Assembly: GCA_006218065.1 (NCBI GenBank)
Contig: VBWE01000014.1
Span: forward strand, 70,364-134,363
DNA from: Bacteroidota bacterium
GTDB taxonomy: Bacteria > Bacteroidota > Bacteroidia > Palsa-965
DNA length: 64,000 bases
Direction: 5' to 3'
This document shows, piece by piece, positions 55,372-64,000 of this stretch (its first letter is position 1; the number at the start of each line of letters is the position of its first letter). The notes beneath the pieces are model-generated. The model did not search any database, was not told the origin of the DNA, and was given only the letters and a program-made list of their open reading frames with translations. Position numbers and translations under genes: made by a program.

Positions 55372-57702
55372 ATGAAACCAATTACCTATTATCAAGCCTC
55401 GGGGCTGACGGATTTGGAAGTAAAAAGCCAATTTGTCGTCCGGAAAAATGAACTTGAACGTGTGATCTCGGAGATAAGAAGAGATGACATGAAGGGTTCT
55501 ATTCAGCACTATATTTTTGTTGGACAACGCGGTAGCGGGAAATCAACATTGCTCAGGCGAATACAGGCGGAGATAAACACGGACAAAGAATTGAACGAAC
55601 GGCTCATTGCCATTAACCTGAGTGAAGAACAAGCCGGCATTTACCGTTTGCACGATTTGTGGGATCGTGTTTGCCAGGAGCTTCGTATGAACCATAAGAT
55701 AGAGGTGGAAGAAGTAAAATGGGAGGATTATGAAAATGATCTGACTGATTTTGCCCGTGCGCTATATAGTGCAATGCAAAAAGGATTGAAAAAAACGGGT
55801 AAAAAAATAGTATTGCTGCTTGATAATATCGACCGAATTCTTGAGAGTGTCAAAGCAAATGACAATCATCTTTTCCGGGAATTACTCATGAATTATAAGG
55901 ATGTTCGGATTATTGGGGGAAGTACCCGCCTCAGTGAGCATCACTGGAAGTACGATCAACCGTTTTATGAATTTTTTAATGTAATACGCCTGGCTCCGTT
56001 AACCAAGGAAGAACTGAAAGAGTTGCTGGTGTTCTGGAGTAATTTTCTGAAAGAACCAAAGCTGGGCGAATTTGTCTGTAATAATTCCGGGCGTCTTAAC
56101 GCCTTACGCATTTTAAGCGACGGAATGCCCCGAACCATGCTCAATCTTGTAGAACTTATGATAGACCGCCCCGGCCAGCAGGGATATGATTATCTAAGAT
56201 ATATTCTTGATCGCGCTACGCCAGTATACCAGGAACGCCTTGGAATTCTATCTCCTCTGCATCAAAAAATTGTCCTCGAACTTTCTTTCTTCTGGGACGC
56301 GGCCAAGGTTAAAGAATTATCTGAAGCTACACGTATTGAAAGTAAAACATTGTCTGCCGCATTAGCTCAACTGGTTGAATTACAAATTGTCGATAAAATA
56401 AAAGGTAAGGGCAAAAATCTTATGTACATCTTGCGGGAAAGGTTTTTCAATCTTTGGTTGATTATGACGCAGGGAGGGCCGAAACAAAAGAGTCAGGTGA
56501 AATGGCTGACAGTTTTTTTGGAAACCTGGTATAACGAGCAAGAACTAAAAGAAATGTATCAAAAATTTATTAATGAAATCGATGGGGGAGTTATTGACCC
56601 TGATCGTGCAGTAATCAAAGCCAAGGCATTTGTGCATTTAAAGAACATCTCAATCGACGAAAGAGACTTGTTGCTAAGCCGTATACATGAAGTAATTGGT
56701 GACAGAAAAGAATACCTGGAACTTTTACCAGCAAAAGCAGCTGACATCATTATGAATGTTTTTGCTTTAATTGACGCTGAGGCATGGAGTCAGGCGATAG
56801 AAGAAATGGAAAAAATAGATCAAGATTTTGAGATGAAATACCATATGATAGGATTTTTATTTGAGATGAAAGGTGAAATTGTAGAGGCCGAAAAACTTTA
56901 TCGAAAAGGAATTAAAAAGAATATTAAAGGCACATTATCGCTGCTTGCAGATATTTATAAAAAAGAAGAGCGTTATGAAGATGCCGAAAAATTTTATTTG
57001 AAGGCAATTCAGTATAGTGATGTTAAAGGACTCATAGGGATGGGTGAGCTATGCGAAATAAAAGGTGATGCTACACGAGCGGAGGAATATTATATTCATG
57101 CAACGGAAAATGGGAGTGTAATCGCTTTACATGCTCTCGCCGAGTTTTATGCTAAAAATAAACGTAATGAGGAAGCTGAAAAATATTACTTGCTCGCTAT
57201 TAAAAAAGGATACATTTTCGGAGCAGGCCCATTAGCATTTTTCTATTTCGATAATAATATCAAAAAAGAAAAGGCATATGAGTTAATTGTAGCATATAAT
57301 TCCCGAAACCAAAGAATATTCGATTATCAATTCTTTTTTTGTGCGGAACAAATTATTGCAATTTGGGCTGGATTACCTGAGAAAATCTCTTTGATCGAAA
57401 ACGAGTTGGGAAGCATTGTTGATAGTAAAAACGAATTTCTTCTCAAATATATTATTTCGGAATGTTTAGTTCATAAACAGGCAACTCATGTATGGAATTG
57501 GTTTTTAAACCAAGAATTTGGTGAAAAAATCAGAGAAATGCTTCGACTTTTATTTTTTGTAACGGCACGGTTTATTAATAATAGTGATGCCCAATTAAAA
57601 ATACTGGCGATTGCTCCTGAACTTATCGAGCCTGTAGATGAGATATATCAGGATATTATCGAACGTCAAGAATTCTACTATGGAAAGAACAAAAACACAT
57701 AA
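55372..57702 (+). CDS. STAND-like ATPase - wHTH - TPR/Sel1 protein, low GC
   Basis: Walker A GQRGSGKS; Walker B LLLDNID; DGMPR (GxP); wHTH then RERFFNLW; AEKxYxxAI repeats. Confidence 0.85.
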   Translation: MKPITYYQASGLTDLEVKSQFVVRKNELERVISEIRRDDMKGSIQHYIFVGQRGSGKSTLLRRIQAEINTDKELNERLIAINLSEEQAGIYRLHDLWDRVCQELRMNHKIEVEEVKWEDYENDLTDFARALYSAMQKGLKKTGKKIVLLLDNIDRILESVKANDNHLFRELLMNYKDVRIIGGSTRLSEHHWKYDQPFYEFFNVIRLAPLTKEELKELLVFWSNFLKEPKLGEFVCNNSGRLNALRILSDGMPRTMLNLVELMIDRPGQQGYDYLRYILDRATPVYQERLGILSPLHQKIVLELSFFWDAAKVKELSEATRIESKTLSAALAQLVELQIVDKIKGKGKNLMYILRERFFNLWLIMTQGGPKQKSQVKWLTVFLETWYNEQELKEMYQKFINEIDGGVIDPDRAVIKAKAFVHLKNISIDERDLLLSRIHEVIGDRKEYLELLPAKAADIIMNVFALIDAEAWSQAIEEMEKIDQDFEMKYHMIGFLFEMKGEIVEAEKLYRKGIKKNIKGTLSLLADIYKKEERYEDAEKFYLKAIQYSDVKGLIGMGELCEIKGDATRAEEYYIHATENGSVIALHALAEFYAKNKRNEEAEKYYLLAIKKGYIFGAGPLAFFYFDNNIKKEKAYELIVAYNSRNQRIFDYQFFFCAEQIIAIWAGLPEKISLIENELGSIVDSKNEFLLKYIISECLVHKQATHVWNWFLNQEFGEKIREMLRLLFFVTARFINNSDAQLKILAIAPELIEPVDEIYQDIIERQEFYYGKNKNT

Positions 57703-57758
57703 CGATTATAGCATAATATACTAATTATGAGATAGTTGTGTTTTGTTTGTCCGTTCCC

Positions 57759-57786
57759 TGTAACTTTGCCCCCGATCAGCCCGTCT
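57759..57786 (+). promoter_or_regulatory. Putative ECF autoregulatory promoter TGTAAC-N17-CGTCT
   Basis: AAC/CGT ECF-type consensus about 30 bp upstream of the ECF sigma ATG. Confidence 0.55.
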
Positions 57787-57817
57787 TACGACTGAAAAAC
57801 ATCGAAATACTGCTGCG

Positions 57818-58303
57818 ATGACCGTTGAAGAATTCAACCGCTGTGTTGATGAACATGCCGATAGCCTCTATCGCTTTATCCTGAAAAATGTGAAGGATAA
57901 GGACAAGGCGAAGGATATTGTCCAGGACACGTATGAAAAACTGTGGCTGAAAGTTTCGGATACGGAAGCGAAGAATGCCAGGTCGTATATGTTCACCACC
58001 GCGTACCGCACGATGATCGATGCGATCCGGAAGGACAAACGGCAGGGCTCGATTGAAGAAGCGCCGATGATCGCACTTTCGACGAATAAACAGTACAGCG
58101 ATCTCAAGGAAATTCTGAATGAAGCGGTATCCAAACTTCCCGAAATGCAGCGGTCGGTGATCATGCTCCGCGATTACGAAGGATACAGCTACGAAGAAAT
58201 CGGCGGGATTACCGGGCTGAGTGAATCACAGGTAAAAGTGTACATCTTCAGGGCGCGGACGTTTTTGAAGAATTATATAGGAAGCATGGACAAAGTGCTT
58301 TAA
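57818..58303 (+). CDS. ECF RNA polymerase sigma factor
   Basis: AKDIVQDTYEKLW; LRDYEGYSYEEI...ESQVKVYIFRAR. Confidence 0.95.
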   Translation: MTVEEFNRCVDEHADSLYRFILKNVKDKDKAKDIVQDTYEKLWLKVSDTEAKNARSYMFTTAYRTMIDAIRKDKRQGSIEEAPMIALSTNKQYSDLKEILNEAVSKLPEMQRSVIMLRDYEGYSYEEIGGITGLSESQVKVYIFRARTFLKNYIGSMDKVL

Positions 58304-58308
58304 GAAAA

Positions 58309-59586
58309 ATGGATATTAACAGGAACAATTGCGAAGCTTATTTCCTCGATTTTTTTGAGGGACGCCTCTCCCCGGAGCAGGCTGAGCTTTTGTTCGCTTT
58401 CCTGGATGAGCATCCCGATCTCCACGAACTGTTCAACAACTACGAGCATATCGGGCTGGACGATGAATCCGGTGTGAACTTCGAAGGAAAAGAAACCTTG
58501 AAACGTTTCGCTGATCTGCCGCTGACGGTAAACGAAGCGAACTGCGAAGAATTTTTTATCGCCGCCGCTGAAGGTTTGCTGAATGCCGATGAACAGAAAC
58601 GCGTGGAGCAGTTTCTCGCGCAACACCCGGAACGCCGCGCCGATTACGATGCCTTCGCAAAAACGCGCCTGCAGCCCGAAGAAATTGTGTTTGAACATAA
58701 AGGGTCGCTGAAGAAAACGCTCGAACCGGTCAGCGCATCGAATTACGAAGACTATATCCTTTCCGCGATCGAAGGTTTGCTGAACGCGCAGCAGCGGAAA
58801 GAACTCGATACGTTCATCGCATCGGATCCGGTGTATGCTGCGGTATTTGCACAATATCAGCAAACCCGCCTGCAGCCCGACCTTTCCGTTGTATTCGAAG
58901 ACAAAGCTTCGCTGAAACGTCGCGCCCGCGGAACACCGTGGATGCCCGTATGGCGCGCTGCGGCTGCTTTCGCGGTACTCGTACTTGCCGGTTACGGCAT
59001 TACGCGCCTGGCGAACGGCGGCCCGGTTGATGCCGATGGTCTTGCCGGGAATTCCGCGCTGAAAAACCGCGAAGTGACCCCGGTGGTTATTCCTGTTCCC
59101 GACAATAACAACGGAACGCAGCAGGCCAACTATGCTTCGAACAACGGCACTCAAAAGATTTCTCCGCTGGATACCACGAAACCCGTTCGCGAAAATTTAT
59201 TCGCAGCAAGTTTTAATCCCCGTGAGATCCAGGGAATCCGGCAAAAAGAAACTGAGCCGGGCATGCTGGCGCTTGCAGGCTATACGCCGTTGTCATCCGG
59301 AACAACTACGCAGCAGGCTTACCCGGAATACAATTTCCCCACGGTCCGCGAAATGGCCGAGGACTGGGCGCTTGAAAAACTGGGCGGAAAACCGACGGAA
59401 CCGGCTACAGGCGTAATGGCCATGAACCAGCAAAAAGAATCGATGACCGGCTGGGACTGGGCCGGGCTGGCGATGAAAAAAGTATCCAACGAAAAAATCA
59501 CCCTCGAAAAATCTGCGGATGAAAACGGCCGCGTGCTCAACGTGCGCCTGGGTAAGATTAAGTTCAAGCATACGTTTTCGAAGTAA
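58309..59586 (+). CDS. Putative anti-sigma factor with triplicated N-terminal domain and one TM helix
   Basis: Three NxxN(C/Y)ExxxxxxxEGxL...FExKxxLK units; WRAAAAFAVLVLAG TM; directly downstream of the ECF gene. Confidence 0.75.
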   Translation: MDINRNNCEAYFLDFFEGRLSPEQAELLFAFLDEHPDLHELFNNYEHIGLDDESGVNFEGKETLKRFADLPLTVNEANCEEFFIAAAEGLLNADEQKRVEQFLAQHPERRADYDAFAKTRLQPEEIVFEHKGSLKKTLEPVSASNYEDYILSAIEGLLNAQQRKELDTFIASDPVYAAVFAQYQQTRLQPDLSVVFEDKASLKRRARGTPWMPVWRAAAAFAVLVLAGYGITRLANGGPVDADGLAGNSALKNREVTPVVIPVPDNNNGTQQANYASNNGTQKISPLDTTKPVRENLFAASFNPREIQGIRQKETEPGMLALAGYTPLSSGTTTQQAYPEYNFPTVREMAEDWALEKLGGKPTEPATGVMAMNQQKESMTGWDWAGLAMKKVSNEKITLEKSADENGRVLNVRLGKIKFKHTFSK

Positions 59587-59853
59587 GTGCTCTTCCCGGA
59601 ATCTTTTTCCCAACTAAGGCAAAAAATGAAACGCTCCTCTGCGCCCTCTTGTGGGCATGCGGGGAGAACCCTGTGTGCTCTGCGTTTTAATGCTGATACG
59701 GCGTTGCATTTTTTGCCTGGACGGCGGCAGGTTTCACATATTCCCGGCGCCGGCAATCTTTTCGTTAATTTTGATAGCGTTTATTCTGTTAACACATGTG
59801 AAATGAAAATCCGGCCGCCCGTTTTGCACGTACATGATGAAAAACAGATCAGC

Positions 59854-60393
59854 ATGAAAAAGCTCGCACAGATTGTCCTGGTTTTTGTCATTCTTTCGAC
59901 AAGCGCCTGCAGCCCGGACGCCTCCAGATCGGTCAACGAAAACAAGGCAGCGAATGAAATACCTAAAACTACTGTAGCCATGAAAACGGACGATACCGCC
60001 AAAAAAATTGTGAAAACGGATGAGGAATGGAAAAAAATCCTGACGCCGGAACAATACCGCATCCTGCGCCAGAAAGGAACCGAATACGCGTTCTCGGGCC
60101 AATACTGGAACAGCGAAGAAAAAGGAATTTACCGCTGCGCAGGCTGCAACAATATCCTGTTCGTTTCCGAACAGAAATTCGAATCCGGCTGCGGCTGGCC
60201 GAGTTTCAGCATGCCTTTCGATTCCACTACCTGCGATTACCACGAAGACAACACGTACGGCATGACACGCACGGAAGTCACCTGTAAAGCCTGCGGCGGT
60301 CACTTAGGCCATGTGTTTAACGACGGACCTCCGCCCACAGGACAGCGCTACTGTATCAATTCCGGTTCGCTGAAGTTTGAAGCGGTGAAGTAA
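59854..60393 (+). CDS. msrB: Peptide-methionine (R)-S-oxide reductase, lipoprotein
   Basis: Lipobox TSAC; GTE; [11 protein letters not shown]; [10 protein letters not shown]; RYCINS. Confidence 0.95.
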   Translation: MKKLAQIVLVFVILSTSACSPDASRSVNENKAANEIPKTTVAMKTDDTAKKIVKTDEEWKKILTPEQYRILRQKGTEYAFSGQYWNSEEKGIYRCAGCNNILFVSEQKFESGCGWPSFSMPFDSTTCDYHEDNTYGMTRTEVTCKACGGHLGHVFNDGPPPTGQRYCINSGSLKFEAVK

Positions 60394-60435
60394 TCGTGCG
60401 CCACACGAAATTAACACGCCACATAAAATGAATAC

Positions 60436-60536
60436 GTCACACTGAGCGGAGTCGAAGTGTGTGTAAAAGAGACTGTACTACACACACTTCGACTGCCGCT
60501 CAGTGTGACCTCCGTATTCAGTGTGACGTCCGTATT
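60436..60536. repeat. Inverted REP doublet (GTCACACTGAGCGGAGTCGAAGTG) with a terminal 18-bp tandem duplication
   Basis: Arms 60436-60465/60479-60509; CAGTGTGAC(C/G)TCCGTATT at 60501 and 60519. Confidence 0.85.
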
Positions 60537-60537
60537 A

Positions 60538-60570
60538 AAAAAGGCTGCACCCGGGAGGAACAGCCTTTTT
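60538..60570. terminator. Bidirectional Rho-independent terminator
   Basis: AAAAAGGCTG...CAGCCTTTTT between convergent genes. Confidence 0.7.
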
Positions 60571-60612
60571 CATTTCATGTGCATTTGCTTTTCGCGAAAG
60601 CAGAGGTAAAAT

Positions 60613-63174
60613 CTATCGGGTGATCGTAAGTTTTTGAGTCTGGATGCTGTTGCCTTGTTTTACACGAACTAGGTAAACACCGGCACTGAGGTGTGCAAGA
60701 TCGAGGCGTGTGTTGCGGTTGCTCGTTTTCACAGAACTTACCGTGCGGCCGACCATGTCCAGTACGTCGATCTGTTCGGAAGCGCCGGTGGTGCTCACGA
60801 ATACTTCGCCGCTGGCGGGGTTCGGGTACAGCGTAAAGCCTGCGGCAGTTTCATATTCCGGTACAGAGGTCTGTAAGGTCGGATCGATCACCACGGAGTC
60901 GGCAATGATTGCAACCGGGATATTTGCTTCGCTCAAAGTAATCGCCGTTACGTTGGAAACATCCAGGTGCAGGATCGCGATTCCGGAAAGGTTGTCCGTG
61001 GTAACGATCTGGAACGAACCGATCGATCCCGAACCGCCGTTGAAACTCTGCTGGTCGTTCCGCACTTCGCAGGCGTCGATAATCCCCGCGCTGCGGAAAG
61101 GTTTGCGGAAACCGATCATGTTATTCCCGATCGTTCCCAGCCACGAACCGGTAAAGTTCATCGTGGTCATCATCGTATCGATCAGGTTCGCATCCATGTT
61201 GATGCGGAACGCTATTCCGTATAAACTGTCCACCGGGATGCTTGACGTACCGAGACGAATATCTACGTTCACCAAAGTCTGCAATCCGCAGGTATCGTAG
61301 CTCGCAACCAGCTGCAGGGTAGGTGTGCTGGCCGCGACCGGAACTTCCGGGACGAAATGATACGGGTGCGTCAGTCCGTAATTGAGGCTGATGGGAACAG
61401 TATCGTTTACGTTGATAATTCCGTTTCCGTCGGCGTCGGCATGTTTGTAATTGCAGTTGGTGAAATTCTGCGTCCAGTCGGCCATCGGCTGCAGGTACCA
61501 GGCATTGCTCGCGTTCGGACGTGTTGCGCCGGTGGTGTTGTAGCCTACGCCGATGTGCAGCACATCCGCCATGTTCGCCGTGAGATCGTAGTTGCAGTCG
61601 CCCGGCCAGACATGCCCGACAGGTACGTTGCACGAATCGATCACGTAGAAAATACTGGTCAGCGCGCCGCATCCGGGATAGAAAGCGAAACCGAGATACG
61701 AACCGGGCTGGTTCACGGCAAGTGTTTGCGTATTCGCATTGATCGGGAAAGTATTGCCAGCCGTGTCGGTATAATACTGCCAGTAATAGTTCGCTGCACC
61801 CGGGCCGAAATCGAGTGTAACGAAACTGCTGTCGCAATTGTAAATAGTATCGATATGCCAGTAGTACGCACTGACCATCACTGTATCGGTAGCCGTGCAG
61901 TTTCCGTCCGTCATCGTAACCACGTACTGCTGGTTGCTCACTCCTGAAATAATGTTCGGATTCTGGCTGTTCGGATTATCGAGTCCGTATGCCGGCGACC
62001 AGCTGTACGTATAATTTCCCGGCGTTCCCGGCGTGGCGTTCAGTTGTCCCTGCTGCTGGCAGAACACGGTATCCGGACCTGCGCTCACGCTGCAGAAAGT
62101 CACCACGCAACTGTCGGCCACATAAAAAACACTGGTCAGCGCGCCGCATCCGGGGAAGGTGGCGTATCCAGTATACGATCCCGGCTGGTTGACGGTAATT
62201 GTTTGCGTGGTATAATTCAGGTTGGTGGTGTTGCCGGCCGTATCGGTATAAAATTGCCAGAAGTAATTTGTTGCGCCGGGACCAAAATCGAGAATGACGT
62301 TACTGTTGTTGCAACTGTAAGATGTATCGCCTACCGAAAAATGAAATTCACTTACCGTGATCGTATCGGTTACCGTGCAGTTAGTAACGGTATCGGTCAT
62401 CGTTACGGTGTATACCTGGTTGTACACGCCGTACACCGTCGGGTTCGCGATATTCGGGTTGCTCAGGCCGGTGGAAGGCCACCACTGGAAAATGTAATTG
62501 TTGCCCGGCGTTCCGGGAACGGCGTTCAGTTGCGGGTTCTGCGACTGGCAGAAAACAGTATCCGGTCCGGCGCTCACGCTGCAAGAGTTGCTGCTGTTAC
62601 AGCCGATCACCACCGGGATATTGCTGGTAATCGCTCCGCAGCCGGGGAAGTTGGCATAACCGAAATAATATCCCGGCTGTGTTACCGTGAGCGTTTGCGT
62701 AGTAACGTTCAGCGCAGTCTGGTTTCCGAGCGTATCATAATAATATTGCCAGAGATATGAAGATGCTCCCGGGCCGAAATCAAGTACCGTTGACGTGCTC
62801 GGCGAACAGATAAACGCCGTATCGATAACAGGCATGTACGATGAAACGATTACCGTATCGGTTGTAACGCAACCGCCGACGGTATCGGTCATCGTAACAA
62901 CGAAAGCCTGGTTCTGCACGCCCGGTCCGCCGAAGGGTCCCCATGCGCTGGCGCTGTTCGGGTTCACCAGCAGGTTGGCCGGCGACCAGCTGTACACGTA
63001 ATTATTGCCCGGGGTGAGCGCGGTGGCCTGCACCTGGACCGGCTGCTGACAATTTACATGATCAGCCCCGGCAGATACCGAGCATTGTGCGCGGAGACCG
63101 GGTGACATGATGACGCCGATAAAGATCGAGAGCCCGGTCAGCCTGCTTTTGTATGAGATGCTTGTCGGTTTCAT
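60613..63174 (-). CDS. T9SS type A cargo with three Cys-containing repeats plus dockerin-like and cohesin-like modules
   Basis: 3x CSVSAG.D...LDFGPGA..Y.WQ.Y.DT.GN...PGCGA; VWPGDCNYD and HADADGNGIINVND; LYPNPA...AGVYLV CTD. Confidence 0.85.
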   Translation of the reverse strand: MKPTSISYKSRLTGLSIFIGVIMSPGLRAQCSVSAGADHVNCQQPVQVQATALTPGNNYVYSWSPANLLVNPNSASAWGPFGGPGVQNQAFVVTMTDTVGGCVTTDTVIVSSYMPVIDTAFICSPSTSTVLDFGPGASSYLWQYYYDTLGNQTALNVTTQTLTVTQPGYYFGYANFPGCGAITSNIPVVIGCNSSNSCSVSAGPDTVFCQSQNPQLNAVPGTPGNNYIFQWWPSTGLSNPNIANPTVYGVYNQVYTVTMTDTVTNCTVTDTITVSEFHFSVGDTSYSCNNSNVILDFGPGATNYFWQFYTDTAGNTTNLNYTTQTITVNQPGSYTGYATFPGCGALTSVFYVADSCVVTFCSVSAGPDTVFCQQQGQLNATPGTPGNYTYSWSPAYGLDNPNSQNPNIISGVSNQQYVVTMTDGNCTATDTVMVSAYYWHIDTIYNCDSSFVTLDFGPGAANYYWQYYTDTAGNTFPINANTQTLAVNQPGSYLGFAFYPGCGALTSIFYVIDSCNVPVGHVWPGDCNYDLTANMADVLHIGVGYNTTGATRPNASNAWYLQPMADWTQNFTNCNYKHADADGNGIINVNDTVPISLNYGLTHPYHFVPEVPVAASTPTLQLVASYDTCGLQTLVNVDIRLGTSSIPVDSLYGIAFRINMDANLIDTMMTTMNFTGSWLGTIGNNMIGFRKPFRSAGIIDACEVRNDQQSFNGGSGSIGSFQIVTTDNLSGIAILHLDVSNVTAITLSEANIPVAIIADSVVIDPTLQTSVPEYETAAGFTLYPNPASGEVFVSTTGASEQIDVLDMVGRTVSSVKTSNRNTRLDLAHLSAGVYLVRVKQGNSIQTQKLTITR

Positions 63175-63389
63175 AGGAGACAAGGTTTTGTGTGTGTTAG
63201 CCAGTTAGTTGTGTGTGCCTAGTTTTTGACAGTACAAACATAGATCGATTCATATGGGTAAAAAAATACAGATTTTAGTATTTATCGGGCATATATTTGC
63301 ATAAATGTACTCGACAAAGCAAACATAATTTATATTTATATTATTGATTATCAATCAAATATATATAATGATAAAAATACTTATTTTTT

Positions 63390-63397
63390 TATATTTG
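63390..63397 (+). promoter_or_regulatory. Bacteroidota -7 box TATATTTG
   Basis: 11 bp upstream of ATG 63409. Confidence 0.6.
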
Positions 63398-63408
63398 TCG
63401 GAGATACT

Positions 63409-64000
63409 ATGTTTAACAGCAAAGCAGCAGGCCTGGTAAATGTTTTGGAAGAATCTGAAAAGAGCGCTTTCCGGAAATATCTTGCCTGTGATTTTTTTAC
63501 CGGGAATGCGCAGCTGGGAAAATTATTTTCTTTCCTGGCGGATCGTACCGGTAGTGAAACGGAGGAAACGAAACTGCGGCGCAGCGCTTTCCGTTTTTGT
63601 TTTCCGGGCCGGCATTATAATGACAAGAAGCTGCGTTACCTGATGACCGAACTGTGCGGGCACCTGGAAAATTTTCTCACCCTTCAGTCGATCCGCCGCG
63701 ACCCGGAAAAAAGCGAGAACATACTGTCGAAGGAACTGGCTGTGCGCGGTGCGGAGAAAGCGTACAACAGCCTGCTGCACAATCACCGGCTGATCGAACA
63801 ACGCAGTGCGCGCCGCGATGCTGATTTTTATTTGTATCGCTACACCGGCGAATTTCACCACCTCGCGTATGCTTCGGCCACGCTCAAGCGCGACGATAAA
63901 AGCAATATCGAGGACACGGTGAATTACCTCGACCGGTTTTACCTCGCGCGCAAGCTTCAGCTCTGCTGCGAAATATTCAACGTGCGCAACGTGCTTTCGG
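63409..64000 (+). CDS. Uncharacterised helical cytoplasmic protein (3'-truncated; absent from ORF track)
   Basis: Translated by hand and open to the window end: MFNSKAAGLVNVLEESEKSAFRKYLACDFF...FPGRHYNDKKLRYLMTEL...LDRFYLARKLQLCC. Confidence 0.8.
   Translation, partial: MFNSKAAGLVNVLEESEKSAFRKYLACDFFTGNAQLGKLFSFLADRTGSETEETKLRRSAFRFCFPGRHYNDKKLRYLMTELCGHLENFLTLQSIRRDPEKSENILSKELAVRGAEKAYNSLLHNHRLIEQRSARRDADFYLYRYTGEFHHLAYASATLKRDDKSNIEDTVNYLDRFYLARKLQLCCEIFNVRNVLS

Noticed and set aside
59630-59695. CTCTGCG-like degenerate repeats and the long N-terminal extension of the msrB ORF
   Set aside because: Too degenerate to define. The lipoprotein signal at 59854 marks the likely true start.

Overview
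Chromosomal window from a Bacteroidota bacterium. Evidence: TAnnTTTG -7 promoter boxes, T9SS cargo proteins, a MurF-Alr fusion and Bacteroidota-type leuS/queA. It holds about 50 genes: housekeeping genes (tdk, murF-alr, dnaG, uppP, truB, queA, ispD, rlmN, ftsX, leuS, kynA, msrB) interspersed with secreted and membrane accessory genes. I saw no rRNA, tRNA, CRISPR array or transposase. Main observations: (1) leuS carries an in-frame 471-bp DUF559 (Vsr-like) endonuclease cassette bounded by inverted C-rich/G-rich hairpin arms and a possible 6-bp target duplication. Three non-coding 190-250-bp elements with related arms lie between genes, suggesting an autonomous/non-autonomous DUF559-REP mobile system. 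(2) Two of these elements are oppositely oriented and sit exactly where the conserved ftsX-DUF3098-uppP-truB-queA cluster is broken, implying a ~28-kb repeat-bounded inversion (or a misassembly). (3) leuS has two more irregularities: a 24-bp REP read as VSSSAVEN and an AT-rich, enlarged leucine-specific domain. (4) A low-GC two-gene ATPase + STAND/TPR island is a candidate defence system. (5) Two uncharacterised helical-repeat proteins each lie divergent from a T9SS cargo gene. (6) At least five other families of short palindromic or nested intergenic repeats occur. Family assignments come from motif recognition, not database searches.
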